Source of the DNA: Malacoraja senta
Taxonomy: Eukaryota
Length of the DNA stretch: 64,000 nucleotides
Assembly: GCA_038087875.1 (NCBI GenBank)
Contig: CM075988.1
Span: forward strand, 5,766,001 to 5,830,000
Reading direction: 5' to 3'
Position numbers and translations under genes: made by a program. This document shows, in pieces, positions 13,233 to 26,760 of this stretch. The notes under the pieces were generated by a model. The model was not told the DNA's origin. It ran no database searches and saw only the letters and a program-made list of their open reading frames with translations. Positions within the stretch are counted from its first letter, which is position 1. Each line of letters begins with the position of its first letter.

Positions 13233-13655
13233 TCTTGTACTCGCTAGAATTTAGAAGATTGAGGGGGGATCTTATAGAAACTTACAAAATTCTTAAGGGG
13301 TTGGACAGGCTAGATGCAGGAAGATTGTTCCCGATGTTGGGGAAGTCCAGAACAAGGGGTCACAGTTTAAGGATAAGGGGGAAGTCTTTTAGGACCGAGA
13401 TGAGAAAAATAAAATTCACACAGAGAGTGGTGAATCTGTGGAATTCTCTGCCACAGAAAGTAGTCGAGGCCAGTTCATTGGCTACATTTAAGAGGGAGTT
13501 AGATGTGGCCCTTGTGGCTAGAGGGATCAGGGGGTATGGAGAGAAGGCAGGTACAGGATACTGAGTTGGATGATCAGCATGATCAAATTGAATGGCAGTG
13601 TAGGCTCGAAGGGCCGAATGGCCTACTCCTGCACCTGTTTTCTATGTTTCTATGT
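13233..13655 (+). mobile_element. CR1 LINE 3' fragment nested in a minus-strand Rex1-like remnant (about 12950-14050)
   Basis: YSLEFRRLRGDLIETYKILKGLD... with (TTTCTATG)n tail; the flanks show Rex1-like WTQHIDAIIKKSHQCLYFL on minus. Confidence 0.8.
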
Positions 13656-16004
13656 AACTCCTGTAAATCCTTTCGACGGTGGGGAGGTCAGTACCCGTGA
13701 TGGACTGGACAGTGTTCCCAACTTTCTGCAGTCTTCTTCGTTCCTGGACGTTCGAGTTGCATAACCAGGCTCCGTTCTAACCAGTCAACATGTTCTCTAC
13801 TGTAAAGCTGCAGAAGTCCAAGAGAGCATTCATTGACGTACCGAATCTCAGCAGGAAGTAGAGACATTGATGGGATTTCTTTATGATTGCATCAATGTGT
13901 TGAGTCCAGGACAGGTCTTGAGAGTTATACGCACACAGGAATTTAAAGCTTTTGACTATCTCCACCACCACCAATGTAGACAGGTTTGTGGATCCTCGTC
14001 CTTCCTCTTCCAAAATCCACTCAGTTCCTTGGTCTTACTGACATTGACATAGTCAGCAGAAAGACAACAAAAGCTTTTCACTGTACTGATAACTCCGACT
14101 GATGTAGCTGCCTTTTGCTCTGACTGTTCCACTTGAAGTGATTTTAATACCAAGTCAAGATTTGTCAAGCCAACATCATTTCTTATCAGGAGAAAAGGAA
14201 TAGGAGACCCTTCTTCTCGACCCAAAACGTCACCTATTCCTTTTCTCCAGAGATGCTGTCTGACCCGCTTGAGTTACTCCAGCTTTTTGTGTACATCTTC
14301 AGTTTAACCACAGTTCCTTCAAACACACCATTTCTTATCACTGCACTGATCTCCTTCCTTATTAATAGCACTATTCCACCACCTTTAACTTGTTATTTAA
14401 AATTTATAAATGTTAGATTCCCATCATTGGTGGCCCAACAGCCATGACGATAATGACATCTTCATCTGGGGAGATGGCCATGAGAGGAGCTCCTTACTGC
14501 CACCTACAGGCGGAATGTGTAGGAAGGAACTGCAGGTTTAGTTTAATTTTAGCCCATGTTAGTTTTGAGTAACTCAGCAGACAGGCAGCATCTTGGAGAG
14601 ATAGAATGGGTGACGTTTCGGGTCGAGAACCTTCTTAGTTTTAGTTTAGTTTAGAGATACAGTGTGGAAACAGGCCCTTCGGCCCACCGAGTCCGCACCG
14701 ACCTGCAATCTCCGCTCATTAGGGACAATTCACATTTATACCAAGCCAATTAACCTACAAACCTGTACGTCTTTGGAGAGTGCGAGGACACCGAAGATCT
14801 CGGAAAAAACCCACGCGGTCCCAGGGAGAAAGTACAAACTCCGTACAGACAGCACCTGTAGTCGGGATTGAACCCGGGTCTATGGCACTGAAAGGCAGCA
14901 ACTCTACCACTGCGCCATTTTGCTGACACCGAATGTAGACATAAAATGCTGGAGTAACTCAACGGGTCAGGCAGCATCTCTGGAGAGATCGAATAGGTGA
15001 CGTTTCGAGTTGGAACCCTTCTTCAGAGTGAGAGTCAGGGGAGAGGGAAACGAGATATAGATGGGAACAGAGAGAGATATAGAACAAATGAATGAAAGAT
15101 GTGCAAAAAGCAACGATGATCAAGGAAAGGTGGAGCCCATAATGGTCCATTGTTGGCTGTGGGCAAGGTGATAACGAGTTATACAGTCAGTGAAACTCCG
15201 CACGATGACAGTGAAACTAGTACGACGACTAGGGTGGGGGACGGAGAGAGAGGGGATGCAAGGCTTACTTGCAGTTAGAGAAAATAATATTCATACTGCT
15301 GGGTTGTGAGCTGCCCTAGCAAAATATGATGTGGTGTTCTGGACAGAGGCAGCTTGCAGCTTGCAGACAAATGGCCTGTAAACCTGACCTGCAGACAGCA
15401 GAGGGCGGTGAAGAGCGTCTCCAGGTTCATGGGAACTGTAGCAATGAGAGATGTCGAGTAGCCTGAGAGACTCTGAGAAGATATTCTGCCCTACAGATGC
15501 AACAGATGTAGACATGGGGGAACCATAGAATGAAGAGACACTGGGAGGAAGGTGTAGGAAGGAACTGCAGAATCTGGTTTAAACTGAAGATAGACATAAA
15601 ATGCTGGAGTAACTCAGTGGGACAGGCACCATCTCTGGAGAGAAGGAATGGGTAATGTTTCAGGTCGAGACCCTTCAGACTGATGTCAGGGGAGAAGGAA
15701 TATCTGCACCTGGTCATTATTAATGTGAGAACACAACTACTCTGCGAACTAAAGATGGACACAAAATGCTGGAGCAACTCAGCGGGTTAAGCAGCATCTG
15801 TGGATGAAAAGAATAGGTGATGTTTCAGGTTGGGGCCTTTCCAGTTCTTCCAGTCTGAAGAAGGGTCCCGACCATGAAACATCACCTATCCATGTGCTCT
15901 GGAGATGTTGCCTGACCTGCCGAGTTACATCGGTGAGACCAAGCGTAGGCTTGGCGATCGCTTCACCCAACATCTCCGCTCAGTTCACCATTTTTAAAAA
16001 AATT

Positions 16005-16535
16005 ATTTCAAAATAGGCTTTATTCAGGTAATATATACAATACATGAACCGTGCAAAAAAAATTAATTCTACATTTTCGGAGGCTATACAAATTATTCAA
16101 TGCAGTCTACATACATTGCTCAAATTTCACAAATTTATCCCCCACCCTTGCCACTCATGTGGCCCACTGGCGTGGAATCCCTTCCCTTATTTTGAGGGGC
16201 GTCTCCACCACACCCTGCCCCCCATGTCCAACAGCGGAAGGAACCTAGACTGTGGTCCTCCCCCACCGAGCCTTGGCGTTGGCTGCACCGAGCTTCAGTG
16301 CGTCCCTCAGCATGTACTCCTGCAGTCTGCAGAGGGCCAGTCGGCAACATTCCCTGATGGACATCTGGGTGGTGAACAACGCTAAGGCAGACCAAAGAGC
16401 GTCTTTCACCGAGTTGATGACCTTCCAGCAGCATTCAATGTCAGTCTCTGAATGCATCCCTGGGAACAGTCCGTAAATCACAGAGTCCTCTGTGATGGAG
16501 CTGTTCGGAATAAACCGTGACAGGGACCCTTGCAG
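16005..16535 (-). mobile_element. Tx1-like LINE 3' fragment (related piece at about 7770-7990)
   Basis: CWKVINSVKDALWSA...QEYMLRDALKLG...KARWGRTTV* followed by a 3' UTR with AATAAA. Confidence 0.7.
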
Positions 16536-16895
16536 CAATAACCAACCTGATCAGCACTTCAACTCCCCCTCCCATTCCGAATCCGACCTTTCTGTCCTGG
16601 GCCTCCTCCATGACCAGAGTGAGGCCCACCGTAAATTGGAGGAGCAGCACCTCATATTTCGCTTGGGCAGTTTACACCCCAGCAGTATGAACATTGACTT
16701 CTCTAATTTCAGGTAGTCCCTGCTTTCTCCTCCCCGTCTCAGCTCTCCCTCAGCCCACTGTCTCCGCCTCTTCCTTTCTTCTCCCCCCCCCCCCTCACAT
16801 CAGTCTGAAGAAGGGTCTCGACCCGAAACATTGCCTATTTCCTTCGCTCCACAGATACTGCCGCACCCGCTGAGTTTCTCCAGCATTTTTGTCTA
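16535..16895 (+). mobile_element. Penelope-like 3' fragment, split from its 5' part (15928-15985) by the Tx1-like insertion
   Basis: HFNSPSHSESDLSVLGLLH..RKLEEQHLIFRLG.L.P..MNIDF; IGETKRRLGDRF at about 15930-15965. Confidence 0.8.
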
Positions 16896-18499
16896 CCTGC
16901 CGAGTTACTCCAGCACTTTGTTTCTCTCTTTGCTTATAAACTCGCATCTGCAGTTCTTTGTTTCTACGTGCCCTGTGAACTATCCCTCCAACCCAGTGAA
17001 CAAGTGGATAAGACATCTGGCAGCTTATGAAAAGGACAGTCTGTTAAATTTCACTGCACAAACCGATTATCTGAAAGTTAAGAAAGAGATGGTTGAGGAA
17101 ATTATGTAACAGAAACAGGAATGTGATGGGGTTAAAGAGACACATACATTTCAGTAGACAAGGACTGGACTTCTAGTTGACTAATTGGCTGCAAGTATAC
17201 AATCAGCCTGAAGAATTCTCTCCACCCAAAAAAATGCCTATCCACGTTCCCCACAAATTCTTCCTGTTCAGCTGAGATACTCCAGCACTTTTTAAGAAAT
17301 GTCTAAAGTGGAAACAAGGAACTTCAGATGCTGGTTAACAAAAATAGTCACGGTGCTGTAGTAAGGCAGTGGGTCAGGCAGCATCAGTGGAGAGCATGGA
17401 TAGATGAAGTTTTGGGTCAGGACTCTTCTTCAGACTGTGGTGTGGGGGGGGAGATAGTTGGAAGAGAACTGAGGCAAGACAAAAGCCTGGCAGGTGATAA
17501 AAATAAACTGCAAATGATGGTTTATACCAACGACAGACAAAGAACGCTGGAATAACTCAGCAGGTCAGTCAGCATTTTGGAGGAAATGGATAGGTGAAGT
17601 TTCTGGTCGCAACTAATGACCAGGTCTCAACCCGAATGTCACCCATCTTCAGAGATGCTGCCTGACCCGCTGAGTTTTTCAAGCATTTTGTCACTACACT
17701 GGTGGCACAGTGGCACAGCAGTAGAGTTGCTGGCTTACTGAACTTACAGCGCCAGAGACATGGGTTCGATGCTGACTACGGGTGCTGTCTGTACGGAGTT
17801 TGTACGTTCTCCCCGTGACCTACGTGAGTTTTCTCCGAGATCTTTGGTTTCCTCCCACATTCCAAAGACGTACAGGTTTGTAGGTTAATTGGCTTGATAT
17901 AAATTGTCCCTGGTGTGTGTTGGATATTAATGTGTAGGGATCGCTGGTCGGTGCGGACTCGGTGGGCCGCAGCCTGTTTCCCTGCTGTGTCTCAAAACTG
18001 AACTGGCAGGTAATAGGTGGATACAGATGAGAGGTTGGGGGTTGATCGGCAGATGGTTGGACACAGATAGAGATGAAAAGATGGAAGTTGTGAGAAAAAA
18101 GAGTGGAAAAGTTGCGAATTGTGAAGCTAGAAGGAATGTGGGTAGAAGGGGGAGAGGGGGCAATTACCTAAAATTGGAGAATTCAATGTTCATACTGTTG
18201 GGTTGTAAGCTACCCAAGCAGTATATGTCCTGGACCTCTGGCAGTAGAGGAGGCCCAGGACAGGAAGCTTAGCATAGGGATGGGAAGTGGAGTTGAAGTG
18301 GATAGCAATCGGGCGATCCAGCAGGCCTTGGCAGGTTGTGCGTGGGTGTTCGGTGAAACGGTTGCCGAGTATACACTTCATCTCACCAAAGTACAGGAGG
18401 CCACACCGGGAACACCGGATGAAGAACCTGCGTCTCACCTGGAAGGACGGCTGAGTCTCTGGATGGAGGTGAGCGAGGAGGTATAGGAACAGGTGTTGC

Positions 18500-19005
18500 A
18501 TCTTACGAGATTGTTCCCTGGGATGGCGGGACTGTCATATGAGGAAAGATTGAAAAGACTAAGTTTGTATTCACTGGAGTTTAGAAGGATGAGGGGGAAT
18601 CTTATAGAAACATATACAATTATAGAAACATTTAAAATTATAATAGGACTGGACAAGCTAGATGCAGGAAAAATGTTCCCAATGTTGGGCGAGTCCAGAA
18701 CCTGGGGCCACAGTCTTAGAATAAAGGGGAGGTCATTTAAGACTGAGGTGAGAAAAAACCTTTTCACCCAGAGAGTTGTGAATTTGTGGAATTCCCTGCC
18801 ACAGAGGGCAGTGGAGGCCAAGTCGCTGGATGGATTTAAGAGAGAGTTAGATGGAGCTCTAGGGGCTAATGGAGTCAAGGGATATGGGGAGAAGGCAGGC
18901 ACGGGTTAGGGGACGATCTGCCATGGTCACAATGAATGGCGGTGCTGGCTCAAAGGGCCGAATGGCCTCCTCCTGCACCTATTTTCTATTTTCTATGTTT
19001 CTATC
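18500..19005 (+). mobile_element. CR1 3' fragment inserted in a minus-strand Penelope remnant (18165-18500)
   Basis: ORF 18493-18909 is the CR1 C-terminus; ORF 18190-18501 carries IRCSRCGLLYFGE. Confidence 0.8.
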
Positions 19006-19648
19006 TCCAACGGTTGCTGGTGTAGGTACCTGGGGAGGAGGTGGTTTGGGTGGGATGGGATGACGGAAGCAGGGAGTTGCAGAGGAGGCAGATGTCTGGA
19101 AATCATGCAGTGAAATGTACAAATCGATGGTGCTGGTTATCTCATGATGCAGTTACTCCAGAGACCATCACTGAGGGAAGACCTCAACACCCCCCCTCCC
19201 CCTCCCCCTCCCCCCCGTGCTGATTTGTACGCTCCCTGTGACTGCGTGGGTTTTCCTTGGGACCTCCAGTTTGTAGGTTAATTAGCTTTGGTATAATTGT
19301 AAATTGTCCCAAGTGTATGTAGGATAATGTTAGTGTGCGGGGATCACTGGTCGGTGCGGACTCAGTGGGCCGAAGAGCCTGTTTCCGTGCTGTATCTCTA
19401 AACTAGCCCCACTGCATGGAGCTCTCTCTGACCTTGCACCTATCTCTTCCCTCTCCATCTATGTTCTGAAACAATTCTCACCTCTTTAATCCTCTAACTA
19501 TACAATTTGCAACTCTCTAATCTTTTTGACTCACACTTTGTGTGTGTTCTTCTCGGGCCTTTGTCCAACCGTCTGCCTATCAATGACCTCCCCTCACCTG
19601 TGTTCACCTATGACCCGCCACGTTTTGTCCAGCCACTCCTCTTCTGGC

Positions 19649-19891
19649 CAAAGATCATAAATCTCTCCCTATAGCTCAGATAGTTGAGTCTGGGCAACGA
19701 CTCGACTATCTGACTTATGCTCCGCTCTATGATCTTTGCTGATTACACTGCGAGAGACATAACGGAAGTCGGGTCGGGTTTCCCAAAATGGTGCAGGTTC
19801 CGCTCCGTTGGAACCTGCACCATTCCATTCTACACGTCAGTCCATTGGAATTTGCAGGAGTGGTCGATCTTGCTCCGCTCTATGATCTTTG
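19649..19891. mobile_element. MITE with CAAAGATC termini and an 8-bp TSD (P- or hAT-superfamily-like)
   Basis: CAAAGATCATA...TATGATCTTTG flanked by CTTCTGGC (19641-19648) and CTTCCGGC (19892-19899); internal copy of the right end at about 19718-19738. Confidence 0.75.
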
Positions 19892-20065
19892 CTTCCGGCT
19901 TTCTATCCTCCCACCCCAGCAATCAGTTAGCGGAAGGGTCTCAACCAGAAACGTCACCTATTCACGACCTCCAGAGAAGCTGACTGACTCACTGAGATAC
20001 TCCAGCATTTTGTGCCTTTCCTGATCCTCATCAAATCCTTGAGTTATTTAAACTAATCACAATTA

Positions 20066-20371
20066 CGTACTTACTTACTGCCTATTATGCCTCCTGGCAT
20101 GTAGGGCAGCAACGAAGGTCCTCCACTCAGTAGTGTTGATTCCTTCGTTGCTGTTTCCATAACATATTTGTTTTATGAGACAGGGTTGTTAGCCCTGTGC
20201 TCAACCTCCAACCTGGAGAACCAGTGGATCGCTCTTCGTCTCGCCTTTAGCCTTTGACCTGTCCAGCATGGGAGACCCTAACAGGAGACGAATCTCCCGC
20301 TGGCATAGCTCTAGGGGTCACTGAGACACACAAGCTCCCCGACCACGACAAGGTTGCAATCCAACGGGGAG
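20066..20371 (-). mobile_element. Short non-autonomous RTE-derived (bipartite 5'/3') retroelement
   Basis: 11-bp TSD AATCACAATTA (20055-20065 / 20372-20382); minus-strand 5' end ACCTTGTCGTGG..GGGGAGCTTG..GAGCTATGCC resembles RTE/BovB 5' UTRs; (GTAA)n tail. Confidence 0.75.
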
Positions 20372-21484
20372 AATCACAATTAGTAAAATATAGTTATTAC
20401 ACAAAGTCATTGTCGATTTTGTTCTATATTTAATTGTCAAGTGAACTTGTGGCTAAAATTAGAGAGAACGACAGCAGCATTATTTCTCCATAAACAGAAG
20501 AAGGTTGTGTCACAAATTATCACCGATACAATCAACCGTCACCGTCACCTAGGTGTGACTGACTGGGGAATTTGCTCCCATCTCCAAGAACATAGAAAAT
20601 CAAAATCTCTGCTTAAACACAACACGGTTGTCCAGTTGCCTTTCCAGATCCCGGGAAAAACGTATCTCCAAAGGTCCAACCACGTGTTTGTATCTGCGCT
20701 CAACACCCACACCAGATCCAGGGCTCAGGTCAAAGATTGTCCCATGTTAATGTTCACTGGTTATCTATAAGCCTGGCAGAGCCCTCGCCAGAACCCGCAC
20801 ACCCGCTCTCTGTGTAAGCATCCGGACTGACACACGAGGGGAATAGGCTGGTCAAAGGACTGTATCATCACACAAGAGTAGGCCATTTGGCCCTTCGAGC
20901 CAATATGATCATGGCTGATCATCCAGAATCACTACCCTGTTCCTGCTTTCTCCCCATATCACTTGATTCCGTTAGCTCTAAGAGCTATATCTATGAACCA
21001 TGGGACATAGGTTTAAGGTGAGAGCGGAAAGATTTAATAGGAACCTGAGAGGCATCTTTTTCACCGATAGAGTGTAAGGGAGGTGCTCCCAGAGGAGGTA
21101 GTTGTGGAAGGTACTATAACATTCAAAATACATTTGGACAGGTAGATGGATAGGAAAGGTTAGAAGGATATGGGCCAAATGCAGGCAGGTGGTAGGCATG
21201 GGGATGTTGGGCCGAAGGGCCTGTTCCCATGCTATATGACTCTATGACATACATACACTGTGCTGCACGTACTAATTATACAGATACAAACGCACTTACA
21301 AAGAGCAGATAAAGCAACAGAGAGGTATCCACCACACACAGTGATTCAGACAGATACTAAATTACATACAACACTACAGAAATGGACAACCACAAGCTTT
21401 CCAGTTTAAATGCTGGGTCTGACTGCTCCACTGTCTGTTCCCAACTTGTCGACGGTGACATTGTGTGCCTTCTCCGTCATGTTC

Positions 21485-21591
21485 TCAGCATGGTCCACTC
21501 GAGTCTGTGGTGTTGCTGGCAGACGCTGCCCGGCTCTCAGTGTCCGTGCGTTGTTGCTCTTCTCCATCCTTCCTGCAGAGCTCCTCAAGAT
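21485..21591 (-). CDS. TIRAP: TIRAP last coding exon (predicted): (Y)LEELCRKDGEEQQRTDTESRAASASNTTDSSGPC*
   Basis: Acceptor tgtttggctgcag|AT. The phase-1 junction with the upstream exon (T|AT) restores the conserved YL after the TIR alphaE helix (human VMRYLQTLS); in-frame TGA. Confidence 0.75.
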
Positions 21592-22934
21592 CTGCAGCCA
21601 AACACACACACACACACCTCAAACTCCACGCTGCATTCCAGGGCGACATAGGCTCCAAGAGTCAAGTGTGTTTTATAAGTTCAAATGTGATAGGAAGCTT
21701 ACTCCGCCATTCAATCACGGCTGATCTATCCGAACCACATTCTCCTGCCTTCTCCCCATAACCCCCGTACTAACCTGTAATTTTATTGTCATATGTCCCA
21801 AAACTGAACAATTAAATTCTTACCTGCCCCAGCCCAACAGACATGCAAACATAATACTCTGTAAAACCCGTAATGAACAAAAAGTTCTGTGCGTGTATGT
21901 ATATTTTTTAACTTATATATATATATATATATATATATAAGTTTAAAAATAAATAAATAAACAATAATAGTGCAGGGAGAGAGGCAGAGATTGAGAGGAA
22001 TAAGTGCAGGACAGATAGAGTACTGCCACTACCACCTCCTACTGGAGCTTGTGTGCATTGACGAGTATTTACATTTGACTGCATTGAGAGCATCATTATT
22101 CAATGTATTTTACACATGTCGAGGGTGTGGTGTGGGAGGGGCAGGAGCTGGGCCTATGTCCCTGCTGCCCACTCCTCTCTGCATGCTCCAGAGGTACTGC
22201 CCTTCATTCACTCAGCTAGTTCCACACACGTCCAGTGTGTTGCTGGCTGTGCTCTGTGGCTCTGTGTTGATGTGCCTCCCTCTCCTTCCTAACAATGGCA
22301 TAGCGGGTTGAGCCGCTGCCTCACAGCACCAGAGACCCGGGTTCGATCCTGACCTCGGGTGCTGTCTGTGTGAAGTTTGAACGATCTTCCTGTGTGCGGG
22401 GGAGTTTGCTCCGGGTGCTCTGGTTTCCTCACACATCCCTGAAACGTGAAGGTTTGTAGGTTAATTGTATCTGTAAATTGGCCCAAGTGTGTAGAGAGTG
22501 GATGGGAAAGCGGGATAACACAGAACTAGTGTGAAAAAAGACATTAGTCTGAAGACCAGAAACGTCACCCCTCCATGTTCTCCAGAGACACCGCCTGACC
22601 TGCTGAATTACTCCAAAACTGTGTCTTTGTTTGTAAACCAGCATCTGCAGTTCCTTGCTTATACACAGGACTGTGTGAATGGGTGATCGATGGTCAGCAC
22701 GGAATCATATTCTCTCCTTATCCAACTCCATTTTGTCTCCTGTTCATCTCTAGCCTGTCACTTACACCACCCAGTTACCCCTCAGCTGTATTCACCTATC
22801 ACTTTCCAGGCTTTGTCACCTCTTTCTTCCAGCATCATCTCTTCTATTCCATTAGTTCGAAGAAGTGTCCCGATCGAAAATATCGTCTATTACCTCCACA
22901 GATACTGCCAGACCCACTGAGTTCCTCCATCTTG

Positions 22935-23385
22935 CTGATGCTGGAAAATCGAAGGTAGACAAAAATGCTGGAGAAACTCGGCGGGCGAGGCAGCATCTAT
23001 GGAGCGAAGGAAATAGGCAACGTTTCGGGCCAAAACCCTTCTTCAGACTGATGTGAGGGTGGGGGGGGAAAGAAGAAAGGAAGCGGTGGAGCCAGTGGGC
23101 TGAGGGAGAGCTGAGAAGGGGAGGAGAAAGTAAGGACTACCAGAAATTAGAGAAGTCAATGTTCATACCGCTGGGGTGCAAACAGCCCAAGCCAAATATG
23201 AGATGCTGCTCCTCGAATTTACGGTGGTCCTCACTCTGGCCATGGAGGAGGCCGAGGACAGAAAGGTCGGATTCGGAGGGGGAGTTGAAGTGCTGAGCCA
23301 CCGGGAGATCAGGTTGCTTATTGCGAACCGAGCGGAGGTATAGAGCAGCTGACATCTAGAGCAGCGGATGCAATAGATGAGGCGT
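22935..23385 (-). mobile_element. Penelope-like 3' fragment with terminal repeat
   Basis: ORF 23137-23355 reads LPVAQHFNSP..DLSVLGLLH...EEQHLIF.LG.L.P.GMNIDF. Confidence 0.8.
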
Positions 23386-24809
23386 TTTGCTGATATTTAA
23401 ATTTGGGTCGGGCATGTTAACTCGCATCTACTCTAGAATTACTAGTGCACTTACGAAGTTGGGTCTCTGAGAATTAACATCTCATAGAAACATAGAAAAT
23501 ATGTAGGCCATATGGCTCTTCGAGCCAGCACCGCCATTCAATCTGATCGTAGCTGATCATCCAAAATCAGTACCCCGTTCCTGCTTTTTCCCCATATCCC
23601 TCGATCTTGCCTCACCCACCACTTTATTCTTCTCCAGGTTTGCAATTACCCGAGGAACGTGCATCTCCCCAACTGGTCTCCAGCCCACTCCACCAGTCCG
23701 TAGTCCCAATGCCACCGGCTGTGCACACACACACACACCTCAACATCAAGCCCTGACACTCCTCCCTAACTTTCACTACTTCCTCTTCAGAGCCATCCAG
23801 CGTGGCCCATCTTGCCCACGCCGACCAACATGGCCCTCTAAACCCATCCTATTCATGTACCTGTCCAAATGTTTCTTAAACGTTGCCATGGTACCTGCTA
23901 AACGCTGCCACAGTACCAGCTTTAATTAAGCTTTTCACTGCCCATCCTGAAGTTCCCTTCTCTAACTTGGTGCCAGAGTTTGTCAACCCAGTGAGGGCCA
24001 GGACGGTACTGTCCGGAGATGAGGAGTGGATATGATTGAGGAGTACACTATTATGAGGGTACAGGCTGCAGGAAAGTGTCTCACATGTCAGTGGTGAATA
24101 AGGTCAGAGGATGTTGATTTAGGGGAAGAGATTTGAAGGGGAACTTGTTCAGTCACAGAGTGGAGAGTAGCTGGAGTATACTGTCAGAGAGAGGCAGGGA
24201 ACCAGGTTTACAAAGGGTCTACATGACCACTTGAATTGCCTGGACATTGAAGTGCTGGGTTATTGGATCAGAGTGGATGGGTGCCCATGGGTCAGCATGG
24301 GTGTGGTGGGCTGAATGGCCTCTTTCTATGCTGTATGACTCCACGAAACACAGTAAAGACAATACAGACAATACAGAAGTTTAAAAAAAGACACAAAGTG
24401 CTAGAGTAACTCAGCGGGTCAGACAGCATCTCTGGAAACAGACCCTTCGACCCACCGAGTCCGCACCGACCAAAGATCCCTGCACATTAACACTACCCTA
24501 CACACACACTAGGGAAAATTTACAATCTTTACCGAAGCCAATTAATCGACAAACCTGTATGCCTTTGGGGTGAGGGAGGAAAACGGAGCACCTGGGGAAA
24601 CCCACGCGGTCAGTGGGAGAACCTACAAACTCCGTACAGACAACAGGATTAAACCTGGGTCTCCGGCGATGGAAGGCAACAACTCTGTCACAGCGCCACT
24701 ATGCCGCCCGCTTACAGTACAGTGTAGCTGTGGAACTCAAAGAACAGTATCGCCACTAACTCCGTGACGACCAGTGATCCCTGTACACTAACAATATATT
24801 TCCTTAACT

Positions 24810-25330
24810 ATGGCTTAATAACGGCAAAAAAACATATAAAAATTCTGGAAAAATGCACCAACACCAACGCTTAAAATGTGGATTTCAAACATGTCTGAAT
24901 TGTTACACCTAGAAGATATGAGATTCGTCCTAGCAGACAAATCAGACCAATTCTTAAAGATTTGGTCTCCATTTATCGAATAATTACAAGCATATGGTGC
25001 AACATAACCCTGGAAATGAACTGTTTCAGCACTGGGTGAGGGGTGCGCAAAGATACGAAGTAGGTATATCCCTTTTATTTTATTTTTATTTTTGTTTATC
25101 TTTTCTGGGTTTTCTTCCTCTCTCTTTTTCTTGTATTCTTCACGAACTATCACTTTCACCACTCTACCTAACCTTTTATTTCTCTCTTTTTGCTTCTATT
25201 ACTTTTTTTATTATTATTATTAAATTTAAAAACAAGTTGTATATGAAATGTATTATATTACATCTGAATTGTGTACACTACTGTATATGACTTATTATAA
25301 AAATATATTTTTAAATAAAAAAATAAAAAC
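24810..25330 (+). mobile_element. L1-like LINE 3' end (ORF2 C-terminus, 3' UTR, AATAAA/A-rich tail) in a TIRAP intron
   Basis: AKK.I.KFWKNAPTPTLKMW...LEDMRF....DQFLKIWSPFI resembles the C-terminus of fish L1 ORF2. Confidence 0.65.
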
Positions 25331-25403
25331 AACAATATACTGCGCACTAGGGACAATTTGCAATCTTTACCAAAGCCACTTAACCCACAAACTTGGTACT
25401 CAC

Positions 25404-25994
25404 AGCACAGTATAGATCGCTTGATCTTCTGGAAGCCGTTCTCCTTTTCCATTCCGACGTCGATTCCGAACACGAAGCGGATCTCCATCGGGTAGTCCTT
25501 GCGCTCCAGCTGCATGCGGACGGGAATGACCCTCCCGTTAGCTTTGGGGGATTCGGACAAGGCCTGCTGCATCTGGTACCCGCACCAGGGGTCCTTAATG
25601 AAGGCTGGCGAGATGACCAGGACCCAGCAGTGGCTCTGCTGGACAGCCTGGCACAGCTCGGTGCAGATGGCGCCCCCTGGCGCCTGGTCCCGGAGCTGCA
25701 GGAAGCAGCGGAGAATGTGCAGCCCTTTCTCCAGGTAAGCCACCAGGTCCTGCACATAGATCACGTCGTCCGCAGCGTGGCAAATGCACACATCGTACTG
25801 CTTGTTCCATCGGGACTTGCAGTCGAACCTCCGGGACGAGGAGGCAGCGGCTGCCACGGTGGTCTGTGGGGAGGGGCTGGTGGAACTCCGGCTCTTACAC
25901 GGACCTGTCACTCTGCTGCTCTGCTGCGGGTTGGAGCTGCCATTTTGGCCCCGGTTCCTGTTCCTCCTGAAGTCTCCGAACCACCTGAAAAATC
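25404..25994 (-). CDS. TIRAP: TIRAP/Mal main coding exon (basic N-terminal motif plus TIR domain)
   Basis: YDVCICH..DD..QDLVAYLE...LRCFLQLRDQAPGGAICTELCQA..SHC.VLVISP.F.KDPWC.YQM.QAL.E.P...YPMEIRF closely follows vertebrate TIRAP. Acceptor ctaac..tttgctctctttgaag|, donor |gtgagt. An alternative acceptor at 25984 would break phase with the upstream exon. Confidence 0.95.
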
Positions 25995-26209
25995 CTTCAA
26001 AGAGAGCAAACGTTAGAGTGATACAGTGTGTAAACAGGCCCTTCACCAACTTGCCCACATCGACCAACATTCCCCATCTACACTAGTCCCACTTGCCTGT
26101 GTTTGGCCCATATCCCTCTAAACCTGTCCTATCCATGTATGTCTAATTGCTTCTTAAACATTGAGATAGTCCCTTCCTCAACGACCTCCTCCGGTATTTC
26201 GTTCCATAC

Positions 26210-26760
26210 ATCAAGGTTTCAAGGTCAGTTTATTGTCACATGTACCAGTTAAGGTACAGTGGAATTTGAGTTACCATACAGCCATATTAAGTTAAAAACA
26301 AGACACACAACCACATAAAAGAACATAAACATCCACCACAGTGGATTCCACATTCCTCACTGTGATGGAAGGCAATAAAGTTCAATCATCTTCCTCTTTG
26401 TTTTCCTGCGGTCGGGGCAGTCAAACCATCACAGTCGGGGCGATCAAAGCCCCCGCAGCCGACGATCGAAGCCCCTGTCGGGGTGATCGAAACTCCCGCG
26501 TCGGGGATGTTGAAACTCCCGAGACGGCCCCTTCTTACCAGAGACCGCGGGCTTCACAGTGTTAAAGTCCACAGGCCCTGCGGTTGCAGCTTCGATCCCC
26601 GGCAAAGGGAACGCAAGCTCCGCGATGTTAAAGTCCACAGGCCCCGCGGCTTGAAGCGCCCATCGGTCTGCAGGAAAGGCCGCCAACTCCACGATGTTAG
26701 GCCGCAGTGGGGACGGAGATACGATACGGAAAAAAATTCGCATCTCCGTCGAGGCAAGAG
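26210..26760 (-). mobile_element. GC-rich non-autonomous retroelement with about 60-bp internal repeats (family related to 8349-9356, 39290-39846, 46583-47150)
   Basis: Shared 3' motif CCATCACAGTGAGGA...CACTGTGGTGGATGTT, ACAATAAA and a short tandem tail; interrupts a CR1 3' fragment. Confidence 0.6.

Noticed and set aside
25258..26070. 270-aa ORF as a single-exon TIRAP
   Set aside because: Both ends run into repeat-derived intronic sequence, and splice sites delimit 25404-25994.
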